A stretch of DNA of 64,000 nucleotides from Methanothrix sp. (lineage in GTDB: Archaea; Halobacteriota; Methanosarcinia; Methanotrichales; Methanotrichaceae), in NCBI GenBank assembly GCA_040770465.1, contig JAXGJB010000010.1, positions 1 through 64,000 on the forward strand, written 5' to 3'. Below the pieces are notes generated by a model. The model ran no database searches. It saw only the letters and a program-made list of their open reading frames with translations, and was not told where the DNA came from. Both the position numbers and the translations under genes were made by a program. Shown here one piece after another: positions 20,105 to 29,753 of the stretch (positions are counted from its first letter, which is position 1; each line of letters starts with the position of its first letter).

Positions 20105-21243
20105 CTCATAACAGTCCCAAACCCGGCAGACTGCCGCGGGTCGATCTCAGCTTCATCGAGCTTCACAGCCTTGTCATCGCGCCGATCAAGACGAGGCTTC
20201 TCTTCGCCGCCATCGAGCTCTCGGTCTTCGACCTCCTCGATGAGCCGAGATCTGCAAGAGCAGTTTCAGAGATCCTCGAAACCCACCCCGAGAACACCAG
20301 GGTCCTCCTCGACGGCCTTGCAGCCTTCGACCTCATCGAGAAGAAGGAAGGGCTTTACGAAAACTCCGCAATCGCTTCGGCCTTTCTGGTCGGCGATAGC
20401 CCCACCTTCCTGGGGGATTACCTAACCGAGCAGAAGCGGTATATCGAAACGGTTTTGGACGATCTGATGACCCTCATCGTCGACGGCCCTCCTGAAGAGA
20501 GGGGATTAGACCGCTCCGATCACGAGCTGAAATCGAGATCAAAATCAAAATCGAGATCAACACAAAGATCCCTGGACGAATCCCAGGACGACCTGGCCCG
20601 GTGGGCCGAGGCCGTCGCCGAGTACGAGCGAGCCGGGATCGCCACGACGGTGGCAGAACGGATCAGCGAGCTTCCGGAGTTTTCCACCTTCCGGAAGATG
20701 CTGGACTTGGGCGGCGGCCCCGGGCTCATCGGGATGGCTGTGGTCGCGTCCCACCCGACGATGAAGGGGGTCATATTCGACCTCCCACCGGTTGCGAAGG
20801 CCGCAGAGAAGTTCGTCCGCGATTTCGGGATGGAGGACCGGATGGAGGTGATCTATGGCGACTTCTCCAACGATCCCATCGGCGAGAATTACGACCTCAT
20901 CCTCGCCTCCGCCTCTCTTTACTCCTCCAGGCCAAATCTCGATTCGCTGATCGAGAAGGCCTCTGCCGCCCTCAACCCTGGTGGGGTATTCGCGAGCCTC
21001 CACGAGGGTCTCAGCCGCGAGATGACGAAGCCCGAGCTGATGAAGCTCTGGATGCTGCCCGCGGAATTTAGAGGAGATGATTTCGCCTTCGAGCGGGGGG
21101 AGATAAGAGCCTCCATGCGGAGGGCGGGTTTGTCGGTAACCACCACGACCCTGGATACGTCAGTGGGGCCGATGGACCTGGATCTTGGAAGGAAGCTTCA
21201 GAGAAATATTTATCCCAGATCAGACGGAACCCGAAGCCTATGA
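20101..21243 (+). CDS. SAM-dependent O-methyltransferase (type 2, with dimerisation domain)
   Basis: AAIELSVFDLL wHTH dimerisation domain, LDLGGGPG motif I, FDLP, GDF; the ORF-track start at 19906 overlaps DUF504 and is rejected. Confidence 0.88.
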   Translation: MTHNSPKPGRLPRVDLSFIELHSLVIAPIKTRLLFAAIELSVFDLLDEPRSARAVSEILETHPENTRVLLDGLAAFDLIEKKEGLYENSAIASAFLVGDSPTFLGDYLTEQKRYIETVLDDLMTLIVDGPPEERGLDRSDHELKSRSKSKSRSTQRSLDESQDDLARWAEAVAEYERAGIATTVAERISELPEFSTFRKMLDLGGGPGLIGMAVVASHPTMKGVIFDLPPVAKAAEKFVRDFGMEDRMEVIYGDFSNDPIGENYDLILASASLYSSRPNLDSLIEKASAALNPGGVFASLHEGLSREMTKPELMKLWMLPAEFRGDDFAFERGEIRASMRRAGLSVTTTTLDTSVGPMDLDLGRKLQRNIYPRSDGTRSL

Positions 21244-21686
21244 ATAAGGAGATCCAGCCGCCGACCTATTTTGCTGCCCTGCTCCTCATCTCTCTGGCGA
21301 CCCATCACCTGTTTCCAGAGCCGAAGGTGATAGAGCCGCCCTATGCATACCTGGGACTTCTGGCAATCGTCTTTGGCGTCGTCTTGAACCTCTGGACGGA
21401 TTCTCTATTCAAGAATAGCAAGACCACGGTCAAGCCCCAGAAGATGCCCACCTCGCTTCTGATCTCAGGCCCCTTCCGGATCAGCCGCCACCCCATGTAC
21501 CTGGGGATGGCCTCGATCCTCCTCGGCGAGGCGGTCGTTCTGGGGTCAGTTGCGACCTTCGCCTTTCCGTTGATCTTCGCAGTCATGATGGAGGCGCTTT
21601 TCATCTCGAAGGAGGAGGAGAACCTGGAGAGGGCCTTCGGAGAGGAGTACCTCGATTACAAAAGGAGTGTCCGGCGCTGGATATGA
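21240..21686 (+). CDS. Isoprenylcysteine carboxyl methyltransferase / PEMT-family membrane protein
   Basis: GPFRISRHPMYLG, EEENLERAFGEEYLDYKRSVRRWI. Confidence 0.88.
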   Translation: MNKEIQPPTYFAALLLISLATHHLFPEPKVIEPPYAYLGLLAIVFGVVLNLWTDSLFKNSKTTVKPQKMPTSLLISGPFRISRHPMYLGMASILLGEAVVLGSVATFAFPLIFAVMMEALFISKEEENLERAFGEEYLDYKRSVRRWI

Positions 21687-21784
21687 TCGGAGGTATATAA
21701 AATAAGAGTGGGTGGACGGAAATGCTCCGTCCACCGAAAGGACCCGGAAGCTGGATATTCTCCGCCCCCCGTCGGTCCGACATC

Positions 21785-22228
21785 CTACGTTTCGGTCGAG
21801 CCGTCTTCAGGCGCTGGGTACTGGGAGACGATGTTGCCTTCCTCGTCTATCAGGGTGGCGACGTCGCCGTCGTTGTTCCAGACGGGATTGCCCTGGTTCA
21901 TGTAAAGGTCAGTCTCCGAGTCGTCGCCGACTCCGGTATGGACCACCACCGACCATCCCCCCTCAAGGACGAACCCTTCGGGGAAGTCGAAGACATGGTT
22001 CTGCTCATCGCTCAGAGTCCAGCCCGTGAAGTCCTGGTCGGTCTCGCCGAGGTTTGTTATCTCAATCCATTCGTCAACCCAGCTGGCGTTCGTGATCGCC
22101 ACGCCGTAAGCGGCCTCGTCGACCTCGCCGATGCTGACGTTCGCATCGTCGGCCAAGGTGATTCCCACTGCCGAAAGTACCAACGCCGATATCAGTATCA
22201 GTCTTCCCATCATTGATACGGATTTCAT
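21785..22228 (-). CDS. Secreted lamin-tail-domain (LTD) protein
   Basis: Signal peptide; EWIEITN, FTGWTLSD, VVVHTGVG, WNNDGDVATL. Confidence 0.85.
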   Translation of the reverse strand: MKSVSMMGRLILISALVLSAVGITLADDANVSIGEVDEAAYGVAITNASWVDEWIEITNLGETDQDFTGWTLSDEQNHVFDFPEGFVLEGGWSVVVHTGVGDDSETDLYMNQGNPVWNNDGDVATLIDEEGNIVSQYPAPEDGSTET

Positions 22229-22583
22229 ACCATCACACCTCCATGTTTTTAACTTATACTTATAAGATATAAAGTTATCTGAAAAATTACAGATTAGTAT
22301 TTTCCACCTATATGAGACTCAGCTATCCAATTTTTGATAATTTTCCAGGCAATACTTCACCTGTTTTAAACTATATAAAATTTTATAAATATGCAATTGT
22401 AAAAGCTGGTCGCGCAGTATATGCCCAGGAGCTGATTTCTGAATGGATGAAGAGGATAGAAAAAGAATAGCGTCGAGGACAGAAGGATGTCGGCGGTAAT
22501 CGCTCAGGAGAGATGGTGAAAGATGTGCGGGGCCGAGAGGTATCCTATAAAAATGGCGGCGCGGGCAATAGCCCGCCCTGGGT

Positions 22584-23003
22584 TCAGGAGCTTTCCGGAT
22601 ACTGGGCTACAATCTCGCCTCCGGCATCTTTGAGGGTAGCCACCTCACCGTCATCCCAAACGAAGTCGTCGCGACCCCAGTAGAGGTCGGTCACCGTGTC
22701 GTTGCCCTGGCCGGTGTGTACCTTGACCACCGCTCCGGGGGCTAGGACGAAGCCATCGGTGAAGGAGAAAGTGTTGTTATTCTCGTCCTCCAGGGTCCAG
22801 TAGGTGAAATCCCTGCTCGCATTCCCGGGGTTTGCGACCTCCACCCACTCGTCTTCGTCCGCATAGCTGAGGCCGGTGATGTTCATGGTCACATCTTCTT
22901 CTGCCATGATATCGTCGGGGGTCACATCCTCTTGGGCAGCTGCCAGCCCAAAAACGAGGGCCGAAGCCAGGAGTGCGATCAGCACAAATATCGAGTATTT
23001 CAT
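22584..23003 (-). CDS. Secreted lamin-tail-domain protein (tandem paralog)
   Basis: Signal peptide; EWVEVAN, WTLED, VKVHTGQG, VWDDGEVATL. Confidence 0.85.
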   Translation of the reverse strand: MKYSIFVLIALLASALVFGLAAAQEDVTPDDIMAEEDVTMNITGLSYADEDEWVEVANPGNASRDFTYWTLEDENNNTFSFTDGFVLAPGAVVKVHTGQGNDTVTDLYWGRDDFVWDDGEVATLKDAGGEIVAQYPESS

Positions 23004-23206
23004 GACTAACCTCCCACTTTTAGCCTTCTTTTACCACTTCCGTCTCCGCGAATCGATTTAAGCTTTTCTTCCCCGACGAAAGCCGAGTTTTTCCTCCAGG
23101 GATTTAAACATCTTCTGATGATCGCCCCCATTTCAGTCGAGAAAAAAGGGCAAAGATTATATACTGCGAGTATAATGCCCAACAGCCTGAATGAATTAGA
23201 ACAAAA

Positions 23207-23986
23207 ATGGTGAAGAACTTGACAAGCAAATGGATTCTAGAGAAGATAATCATCATGGCTGCGGTCATCTGCGTGGCATTCTGCCTCGCCGGAGCTGTGG
23301 CCTCGGAGGAGGAGACGACAGAGACGATCACCGCTGACGACGCCTGGAATATCCTGGCCGAGGGGAACGCTCGCTTCGTCTCTGGAGATCTTTCAGCCAA
23401 GAACTTTTCGGAGAGGCGTGCTGAACTTCTGCCAGGGCAGAACCCCTTCGTGACCGTGGTAACCTGCTCCGACTCCCGGGTCCCCCCTGAGCTGATCTTC
23501 GATCAGGGCCTCGGCGACATATTCGTGATCAGGGTTGCAGGAAACGTCATGGACCCCGTCGTCCTCGGGTCCGTCGAGTACGGAGTCGAGCACCTTCACA
23601 CCCCCCTTCTGGTAATCTTGGGCCACCAGAGCTGCGGAGCCGTCACCGCCGCCACCCAGGGCGGAGCTGAAGGCAACATCGAGAGCATCATGACCGAGAT
23701 CGAGCCCGCCGTCGAGATTGCCGAGGAGACGAACCTGACCGGCACCGAGATGGTGGAGCTCGCCATCGACGAGAACATAGATCTCGTCATCAAGAACGTC
23801 CTCGAAAGAAGCCCCATCACCAGGGAGCTGGTGGAGGACGGGAACCTGACGATCTTCGGAGCCAAGTACTCCCTTGAGACCGGCGAGGTCGCCGTCCTGA
23901 CCCGGGTCGACGCCTCCAACGTCGCCGAGATGACGGTCGAAGAAGCAGTTGAGGAAGAGGCGGTCTCAGCCGACGAGTCTGAATAG
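23207..23986 (+). CDS. Beta-class carbonic anhydrase with signal peptide
   Basis: LAEGNARF, CSDSRV, GHQSCGAV zinc ligands; hydrophobic N-terminus ending AVA-S. Confidence 0.92.
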   Translation: MVKNLTSKWILEKIIIMAAVICVAFCLAGAVASEEETTETITADDAWNILAEGNARFVSGDLSAKNFSERRAELLPGQNPFVTVVTCSDSRVPPELIFDQGLGDIFVIRVAGNVMDPVVLGSVEYGVEHLHTPLLVILGHQSCGAVTAATQGGAEGNIESIMTEIEPAVEIAEETNLTGTEMVELAIDENIDLVIKNVLERSPITRELVEDGNLTIFGAKYSLETGEVAVLTRVDASNVAEMTVEEAVEEEAVSADESE

Positions 23987-24288
23987 ACCCGGAGACGAGA
24001 GGACTCAAGTTTCCAGATGGAGACCGGTCCTCGATCCCCGAACTGAAGGTTGGCTGGGGGCTCTTCGGCCCCCACCACCAGGGGAGAACATTTTTGTAGC
24101 CTTGCGGTCTCAGTCCGCAAAATCTGTTTTTCTGTTATCAGCTCGAATCGCCCAATAGATCGCTGATTTAGGTCATGCAAGTCGGCATATGATATTTAAT
24201 TTTTAGTATGGGTATTATTCGAATAGAAGCCGTTGGCTCCAGGGAAAAATAAATGAAGAGGCGAGTAGAACTATAAGAAATCAAATAG

Positions 24289-26499
24289 GTGATTGTCGTG
24301 ATAAAAGTTGGAAGATCGATAGAAAGGCTGATGCAGATCTCGGCCTTGGCGTTGATCCTCGTCGTCGCGGCACTGGCTGTCGGCCCCGCGGCAGGCGATG
24401 GGCCGATTCCACCGGAGGTGTCCGATCACGCTGATGATTGGCCACTGCCCAACAAGGACTACGAGAACACCAGGGCCGTCGTCGATTCCGCCATAAGTTC
24501 AGAGAACGTCCTGGATCTGGGGGTTGCCTGGTCCTTCCCGATCCCTGGGATAGGTGCCTACGGAGCCGCTTCGAGCAATCCCGTCATCCTCGGGGGCACC
24601 GTCTACTTGCAGGACCTGAAATGCAACGTCTTCGCCCTGGATTTTGAGACGGGCGAGCTGCTCTGGTCAAAGTTCTACAACGTCACCGAGGTCGTAGGCC
24701 CCAACGGTCCCGCCGTCGGCTGGGGGAAGGTCTTCGTCGCAAAAGACCTCTACAACGTGACCGCCCTCGACGCCGAGACGGGCGAAGAGATCTGGTCTGT
24801 GAGGCTCTCGAACGTCAGCACCACTGGGATAGACATCCAGCCCGTCGTCTACGATGGCCTCGTTTACGTCTCCACCGTCCCCGGGACCGGTGACGCCTTC
24901 TACTCTCCGGGGGGGATCGGGGTCATCAGCGCCCTGGATGCTGAGACCGGCGAGGTTGTCTGGAGCTTCTCTACAGTAGATTCGCGAGATCTCTGGGGTC
25001 ACCCGGAGACCAACAGCGGCGGAGGATCTTGGTATCCGCCAGCCATCGACGTAGAGGCTGGGGTCACCTTCTGGGGTGTGGGCAATCCGGCACCCTTCCC
25101 AGGTACTGAGGAGTGGCCCAGCGGCACCAGCAGGCCGGGTCCCAACCTCTACACCGACAGCATCCTGGCTCTCGATCACCAGACGGGGGAGATGATATGG
25201 TTCAATCAGGTCCTCCCTCACGACCTCTTCGATCACGACTTCCAGATATCTCCGATCCTGGCGGACTTGACTGTTAAAGGGACCGAACAGAAGGTGGTCT
25301 TCGGTGCCGGGAAGATGGGGAAGGTCTACGCCTTCAACCGTAGCTCCGGCGAGGTCCTCTGGTCGACGATAGTTGGCGATTACAACGAAGAGGCCCAGCT
25401 GGACGCTCTGCCCAACGGGACCACCAGGATCTATCCAGGCGTCCTGGGAGGGGTTGAGACCCCCATGGCCTACAGCGAAGGCGTCCTGTACGTGCCCGTG
25501 GTGAACATGTTCACCGACTGGACCCCCACGGCATTGGACTCTTCAACCATCGATTTCAACAACGGCACAGGAGAGCTTGTGGCCATCGATGCTGCCACCG
25601 GCAAGATCCTCTGGATCAGGCACTTCGACACCATGGCCCTGGGAGGAGCTACGGTGATAAACGACCTGGTCTTCACTGCAGAGTACGACGGCACCATCCA
25701 CGCCTTCAGGGCCGACTCGGGCGAGGAGGTCTTCGAGGAGAAGGCGCCCGCCGGGATCAACGGCTGGCCGGCCGTCGCCGATGACACCATCGTCTGGCCT
25801 GCCGGCGTTGGTGAAAACCCATCCCTCTTCGCTCTCCGTCTCGGCGCGGCGACGGCAACTGCAATAGAGAGCCAAGATCAGCCGGCAGCAGGCACAGTCA
25901 TAACCAATACAACTGAGCCTGCCGGAAAGGTCGACTCGGCCGAGGCCGAGGCGGTCGTTTACGTCGGACTTCCATCCTCCGAGGCCGCTTCAGCAGATTG
26001 GAGCCCCGATGGCATCATCTCTCTTGGCGAGTACTCGAGGAACCTGAGCTTATCGGGAGGAAGGCTGGAGGTATTCTGGAAGAACGACGATGAGGACCTT
26101 TACATGGGCCTCGCAGGGTCTACCGCAGGTTTCGTCGCGATAGGTTTTGAGCCTTCCCAGGCGATGAAGGATGCGGACATGGTGATGGGCTGGGTCGCCG
26201 GAGGTGAGGCGACGGTTCTCGACCTCTACTCTACTGGGGTATATGGTCCCCATCCGACTGATGAAGAGCTAGGCGGCACCGACGACATCCTGGAGTCCGG
26301 CGGCTCCGAATCAGACGGCAAGACGGTGATCGAGTTCAAGAGGAAGATGGATACCGGCGACGAATTTGACAAAACCTTCGCGTCGGGCCAGACCGTCGAT
26401 ATAATCTGGTCGATGTCCGGGTCCGACTCCCCGGATATAAGACACGACGCCGGAAGAGGGGAGGCGAACCTCACCTTTGAGTCAACTACCACGGCCTGA
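24289..26499 (+). CDS. Secreted PQQ-binding-like beta-propeller protein with C-terminal DOMON domain
   Basis: Repeated ALDAETGEx(I/V)W Trp-docking motifs, HDLFDHD; DOMON GFVAIGF...MKDADMVMG...IEFKRKMDTGD; last 5 aa derive from the IS. Confidence 0.88.
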   Translation: MIVVIKVGRSIERLMQISALALILVVAALAVGPAAGDGPIPPEVSDHADDWPLPNKDYENTRAVVDSAISSENVLDLGVAWSFPIPGIGAYGAASSNPVILGGTVYLQDLKCNVFALDFETGELLWSKFYNVTEVVGPNGPAVGWGKVFVAKDLYNVTALDAETGEEIWSVRLSNVSTTGIDIQPVVYDGLVYVSTVPGTGDAFYSPGGIGVISALDAETGEVVWSFSTVDSRDLWGHPETNSGGGSWYPPAIDVEAGVTFWGVGNPAPFPGTEEWPSGTSRPGPNLYTDSILALDHQTGEMIWFNQVLPHDLFDHDFQISPILADLTVKGTEQKVVFGAGKMGKVYAFNRSSGEVLWSTIVGDYNEEAQLDALPNGTTRIYPGVLGGVETPMAYSEGVLYVPVVNMFTDWTPTALDSSTIDFNNGTGELVAIDAATGKILWIRHFDTMALGGATVINDLVFTAEYDGTIHAFRADSGEEVFEEKAPAGINGWPAVADDTIVWPAGVGENPSLFALRLGAATATAIESQDQPAAGTVITNTTEPAGKVDSAEAEAVVYVGLPSSEAASADWSPDGIISLGEYSRNLSLSGGRLEVFWKNDDEDLYMGLAGSTAGFVAIGFEPSQAMKDADMVMGWVAGGEATVLDLYSTGVYGPHPTDEELGGTDDILESGGSESDGKTVIEFKRKMDTGDEFDKTFASGQTVDIIWSMSGSDSPDIRHDAGRGEANLTFESTTTA

Positions 26500-27717
26500 A
26501 GGCCGTGGCTTGTGGCTACGGTGATATTGTGCCACATTCGGCTGGTTGACATGGCAGCCTACTCAGGCAAGTTATACCCGCCTGAGCAATGTTGCGCGAA
26601 GCATTGAGGTCGGCATGGAGTTCAAATCCACATTTGCGACATCGGAACGAAGAACCTTCACGGTTCCCCTTGTATACGTGCCCGCATTTAGAACACTTCT
26701 GCGAGGTGTACCTGGCGTCTACGAGAAGCACGTGCTTCCCAAGGGTCTCAGCCTTGTACCGAAGAAACTGCTCGAGCTGGTAAAACGACCAGTCGTTGAG
26801 CCTGCGGTTGAACTGCTTACCTCTTCGCTTCTGGACTCGGATCTTGCTCAAATCTTCGAGAGCAAACACCGTAAAATCCGAGTTCGCGATCTGCTTCGAT
26901 ATGCAATGGTTCACGTCAGCCATAAACCGTCTTTCCTTGCCGGTGAGACGCTTGAGCTTGCGTTTTGCCGACTTGGTGCCTTTAGACTGCAACTCAGTGC
27001 GAAGGTGAGCATACTTGGCTCTGGTATTTTTGACCTTCTTCGAGTTGTAAAACGTGTTATCGGAGCAGACTGCAATGTTCACGATACCTCGATCGATACC
27101 AAGCACCTTGAACTCGGTTACAGGTTCAAGATCGTTATGTTCAAGGGACACATGCAGATAGAACGTGTCGGCTCTTCGATCATAGGATATCGTGGACGAT
27201 TTGATCTTCCAAGTGAGATAGTCTCGGTAGTTCAAAGGGACAAAGAACGTTGCCTTGATTCGTCCCTTGATGGACGCGATCGTAGCGATACCGTGAACGA
27301 GGTTCACTGTAACAACTCGTTGGTTGTACCTCATCGCAGCGAGCGGTCTTCGCTCTGGAAGAGATCTGCACTTCGAGGCTCTCAGAGCTTCGCAAGCACA
27401 ATCTCTAGCCCCTTGTACCAGCGACGATGGAAGATCAGGAATATTTTGGCGGACAAGCTTGTAGGTGGCGTGATGGTTATCGACTTTGTTCCAAGACTTG
27501 TTCTCAAATCCCCATTTAGCGGATTCCGAAAAAGCCTTGGTATAAGCTCTCATCGTTTCAGCGAGAGTAACTCGGTCTTGATCGCCCATCCTAAGCTTGA
27601 AAGTAACCGTCCTAAGCACATTCATATAGTAGGTGGTTAGATGATATATATTGTTCGGAGGTGCAAGCACGCGCTCCTCCCCGGCCTAAAGACCGGGGTC
27701 TCCGCGCTGCTTCGAAG
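26481..27717 (-). mobile_element. IS200/IS605-family (IS1341-group, TnpB-only) element
   Basis: Left-end hairpin ccccgg/ccgggg (27679-27698) with guide GAGA at +16..+19 and TAM TCAT. Right-end hairpin ccacggcc/ggccgtgg (26489-26508) with guide CAAG and cleavage site TGAC. No TSD, no tnpA. Confidence 0.9.
26516..27625 (-). CDS. tnpB: RNA-guided endonuclease TnpB
   Basis: RuvC I GIDRG, RuvC II ALEDL, YTSQKCSKCG...CRKCG zinc finger, RuvC III ADLNASRNI; D-E-D triad intact. Confidence 0.95.
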   Translation of the reverse strand: MNVLRTVTFKLRMGDQDRVTLAETMRAYTKAFSESAKWGFENKSWNKVDNHHATYKLVRQNIPDLPSSLVQGARDCACEALRASKCRSLPERRPLAAMRYNQRVVTVNLVHGIATIASIKGRIKATFFVPLNYRDYLTWKIKSSTISYDRRADTFYLHVSLEHNDLEPVTEFKVLGIDRGIVNIAVCSDNTFYNSKKVKNTRAKYAHLRTELQSKGTKSAKRKLKRLTGKERRFMADVNHCISKQIANSDFTVFALEDLSKIRVQKRRGKQFNRRLNDWSFYQLEQFLRYKAETLGKHVLLVDARYTSQKCSKCGHVYKGNREGSSFRCRKCGFELHADLNASRNIAQAGITCLSRLPCQPAECGTISP

Positions 27718-27728
27718 ATGAAACGGGT

Positions 27729-27746
27729 CTGAAGCCTTCGCTTCAG
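27729..27746 (+). terminator. Stem-loop after the reconstructed native stop of the PQQ/DOMON gene
   Basis: ctgaagc-cttc-gcttcag perfect 7-bp stem, 8 nt after the pre-insertion TGA. Confidence 0.35.
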
Positions 27747-28065
27747 GCACCGTAATACATTTTTCTCAGTATACTCCACTCCGACGAGGTGGCAAAGACG
27801 GAGCCATCGAAATATCCTCATCTTTGGTGCAGTGCTGATTTTAAGGCCGTCATCGCGATCTGTCCACAAAGGCTTCGCATCCGATCGCGAGGTCCGCGGG
27901 CGGCGTCCGGGCGTCGATGTTTGAATTGAGGAAGCCGACGTCCAGGTGCGCAATCTGAGAAAAATGGAAAAATTCTGCGGCGGAACGAGGCCTCTATCCG
28001 TCGTCCTCACATCCTGACGCCTTTTGGCCGTCGGCAATCGTCTTCAGAGTCGGCTCAATTCAGCT

Positions 28066-28263
28066 TCAGGGTATGTATCTTGGACAGCTTCTATCGTGAT
28101 GAGATCCGTCCATGAAGGGAGTAGCCCCGCAGTGTCGGCAGACGTAGGCGGTTCTCTCTCCGGGAAGAAGTGACTCTTCCTCGCCGATGGAGCAGAGACA
28201 AACAGGTTGGTAATGATCGACCATTCGATACACCAAACGGGCCTTACCTTTCCTCTCAATCAA
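28066..28263 (-). CDS. Small Cys/His-rich putative zinc-binding protein
   Basis: 65 aa with CRHCG...HHDRSC motif; TATA-like TTTATA just upstream on the minus strand. Confidence 0.4.
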   Translation of the reverse strand: MIERKGKARLVYRMVDHYQPVCLCSIGEEESLLPGERTAYVCRHCGATPFMDGSHHDRSCPRYIP

Positions 28264-28315
28264 ATATAAAGTTTCTGGTTGTAGATTGCAGGTTGCAGAT
28301 CATCTGGCTCCAGCT

Positions 28316-28400
28316 ATCCGGCCTCGCAAATCACATTTCAGCTGCTTTATCTCGGATGTCCTCATCCGGGCTTGCAAATCACATTTCGGCCGCTTTATTC
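28316..28400. repeat. Imperfect direct repeat, two copies at 48-bp period
   Basis: atccggcctcgcaaatcacatttcagctgctttat / atccgggcttgcaaatcacatttcggccgctttat. Confidence 0.75.
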
Positions 28401-28521
28401 GAATACCCTTACATCGTCTGGGAAGCGAAGGGTTCTCAAAATAAAGAAGATATATTATGATGGGATTATGATGGATATACTGTCAAATGAATTTTCGCGA
28501 AAAATCGGTGGTGGTTACAAT

Positions 28522-29706
28522 ATGAATGAGGACGTGAAGTTCGATACCCTCTGCGTTCATGCCGGCGAGGAGCCGGACCCGGCGTACGGCTCTCATACGA
28601 TCCCCATATACCAGACCTCGACCTTCGTATTCGATAGCGCTGAGGATGGCGCCGCCCGGTTTGCGGGTCGGAAAGAGGGTTACACCTACGCCAGGATGAT
28701 CCCCAACACCCCGACCCACGCGGCCCTGGTGGAGAAGGTGGCCACCCTTGAGGGGGGAGAGGGCGGCCAGACCTTCTCCTCGGGGATGGCGGCGATAACC
28801 GCCGTCGCCCTGACTCTATTGAAGAAGGGGGACCATCTAATCTCCACGGACGTGGTCTACGGCTGCACCTATGGCCTCTTCTCCTCGATCCTCACCAGGC
28901 TCGGGATCGAGGTCAGCTTCGTCGACACCTCGGACCCGGCTGCCGTCGAGGGGGCGGTCAGAGAGACGACGAGGATGATATTCCTGGAGACCCCCGCAAA
29001 CCCCACCATGACCGTCTGCGACATCGCGGAGATCTCGAAGCTGGGACGAGAGGCGGGGGCCGTCACCGTGGTGGACAACACCTTTGCTACCCCGCGGTTT
29101 CAGCGGCCCCTCGCCCTCGGAGCCGACGTCGTCCTCCACAGCTGCACCAAGTACATCGGAGGTCACGCCGACCTTCTTGGAGGGATCGTCGTGGGGACTG
29201 AAAAGTTCGTCGAGGAGATGATCCCCGTCGTCCACAACACCGGGGGGACGATGGGACCTTTGGAGGCGTGGCTCTGCATCCGGGGGCTGAAGACCCTCCA
29301 CCTGAGGATGGACCGGCACGCCAAAAACGCGATGGAGGTCGCAAGGTTCCTGGAAGAGCATCCGTTGGTCTCTTGGGTGAGGTACCCCGGCCTTCCGAGC
29401 CACCCTCAGCACGACGTCGCAAAGAGGCAGATGTCCGGCTTTGGAGGGATGCTCTCCTTCGGGGTCAGAGAGGGCCTTGAGGCTGGGAGGAGGCTGATGG
29501 ACAATGTCCGCCTCTGCACCCTGGCCGTCAGCCTCGGGGCGGTCGACACCCTGATCCAGCATCCCGCCTCCATGACCCACGCCGACGTCCCTCAGGATGT
29601 CAGAGAGGAGACGGGGATCACCGACGACCTGGTGAGAATCTCGGTGGGGATCGAAGACCCCGAGGACATAATCAGAGACTTGGACCAGGCGCTGGAGAAG
29701 GCCTGA
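28522..29706 (+). CDS. Cys/Met metabolism PLP enzyme, methionine gamma-lyase-like
   Basis: PIYQTSTF, FSSGMAAI, VYGCTYG, ETPANP, DNTF, SCTKYIGGH, AVSLG. Confidence 0.88.
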   Translation: MNEDVKFDTLCVHAGEEPDPAYGSHTIPIYQTSTFVFDSAEDGAARFAGRKEGYTYARMIPNTPTHAALVEKVATLEGGEGGQTFSSGMAAITAVALTLLKKGDHLISTDVVYGCTYGLFSSILTRLGIEVSFVDTSDPAAVEGAVRETTRMIFLETPANPTMTVCDIAEISKLGREAGAVTVVDNTFATPRFQRPLALGADVVLHSCTKYIGGHADLLGGIVVGTEKFVEEMIPVVHNTGGTMGPLEAWLCIRGLKTLHLRMDRHAKNAMEVARFLEEHPLVSWVRYPGLPSHPQHDVAKRQMSGFGGMLSFGVREGLEAGRRLMDNVRLCTLAVSLGAVDTLIQHPASMTHADVPQDVREETGITDDLVRISVGIEDPEDIIRDLDQALEKA

Positions 29707-29753
29707 AGAGAGGCCTTCGCTTGATCAGCGTGATCAGCGGTCGGTCGCGAGCT

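Noticed and set aside
26546-27640. 364-aa + strand ORF
   Set aside because: Antisense to tnpB, with no recognisable motifs
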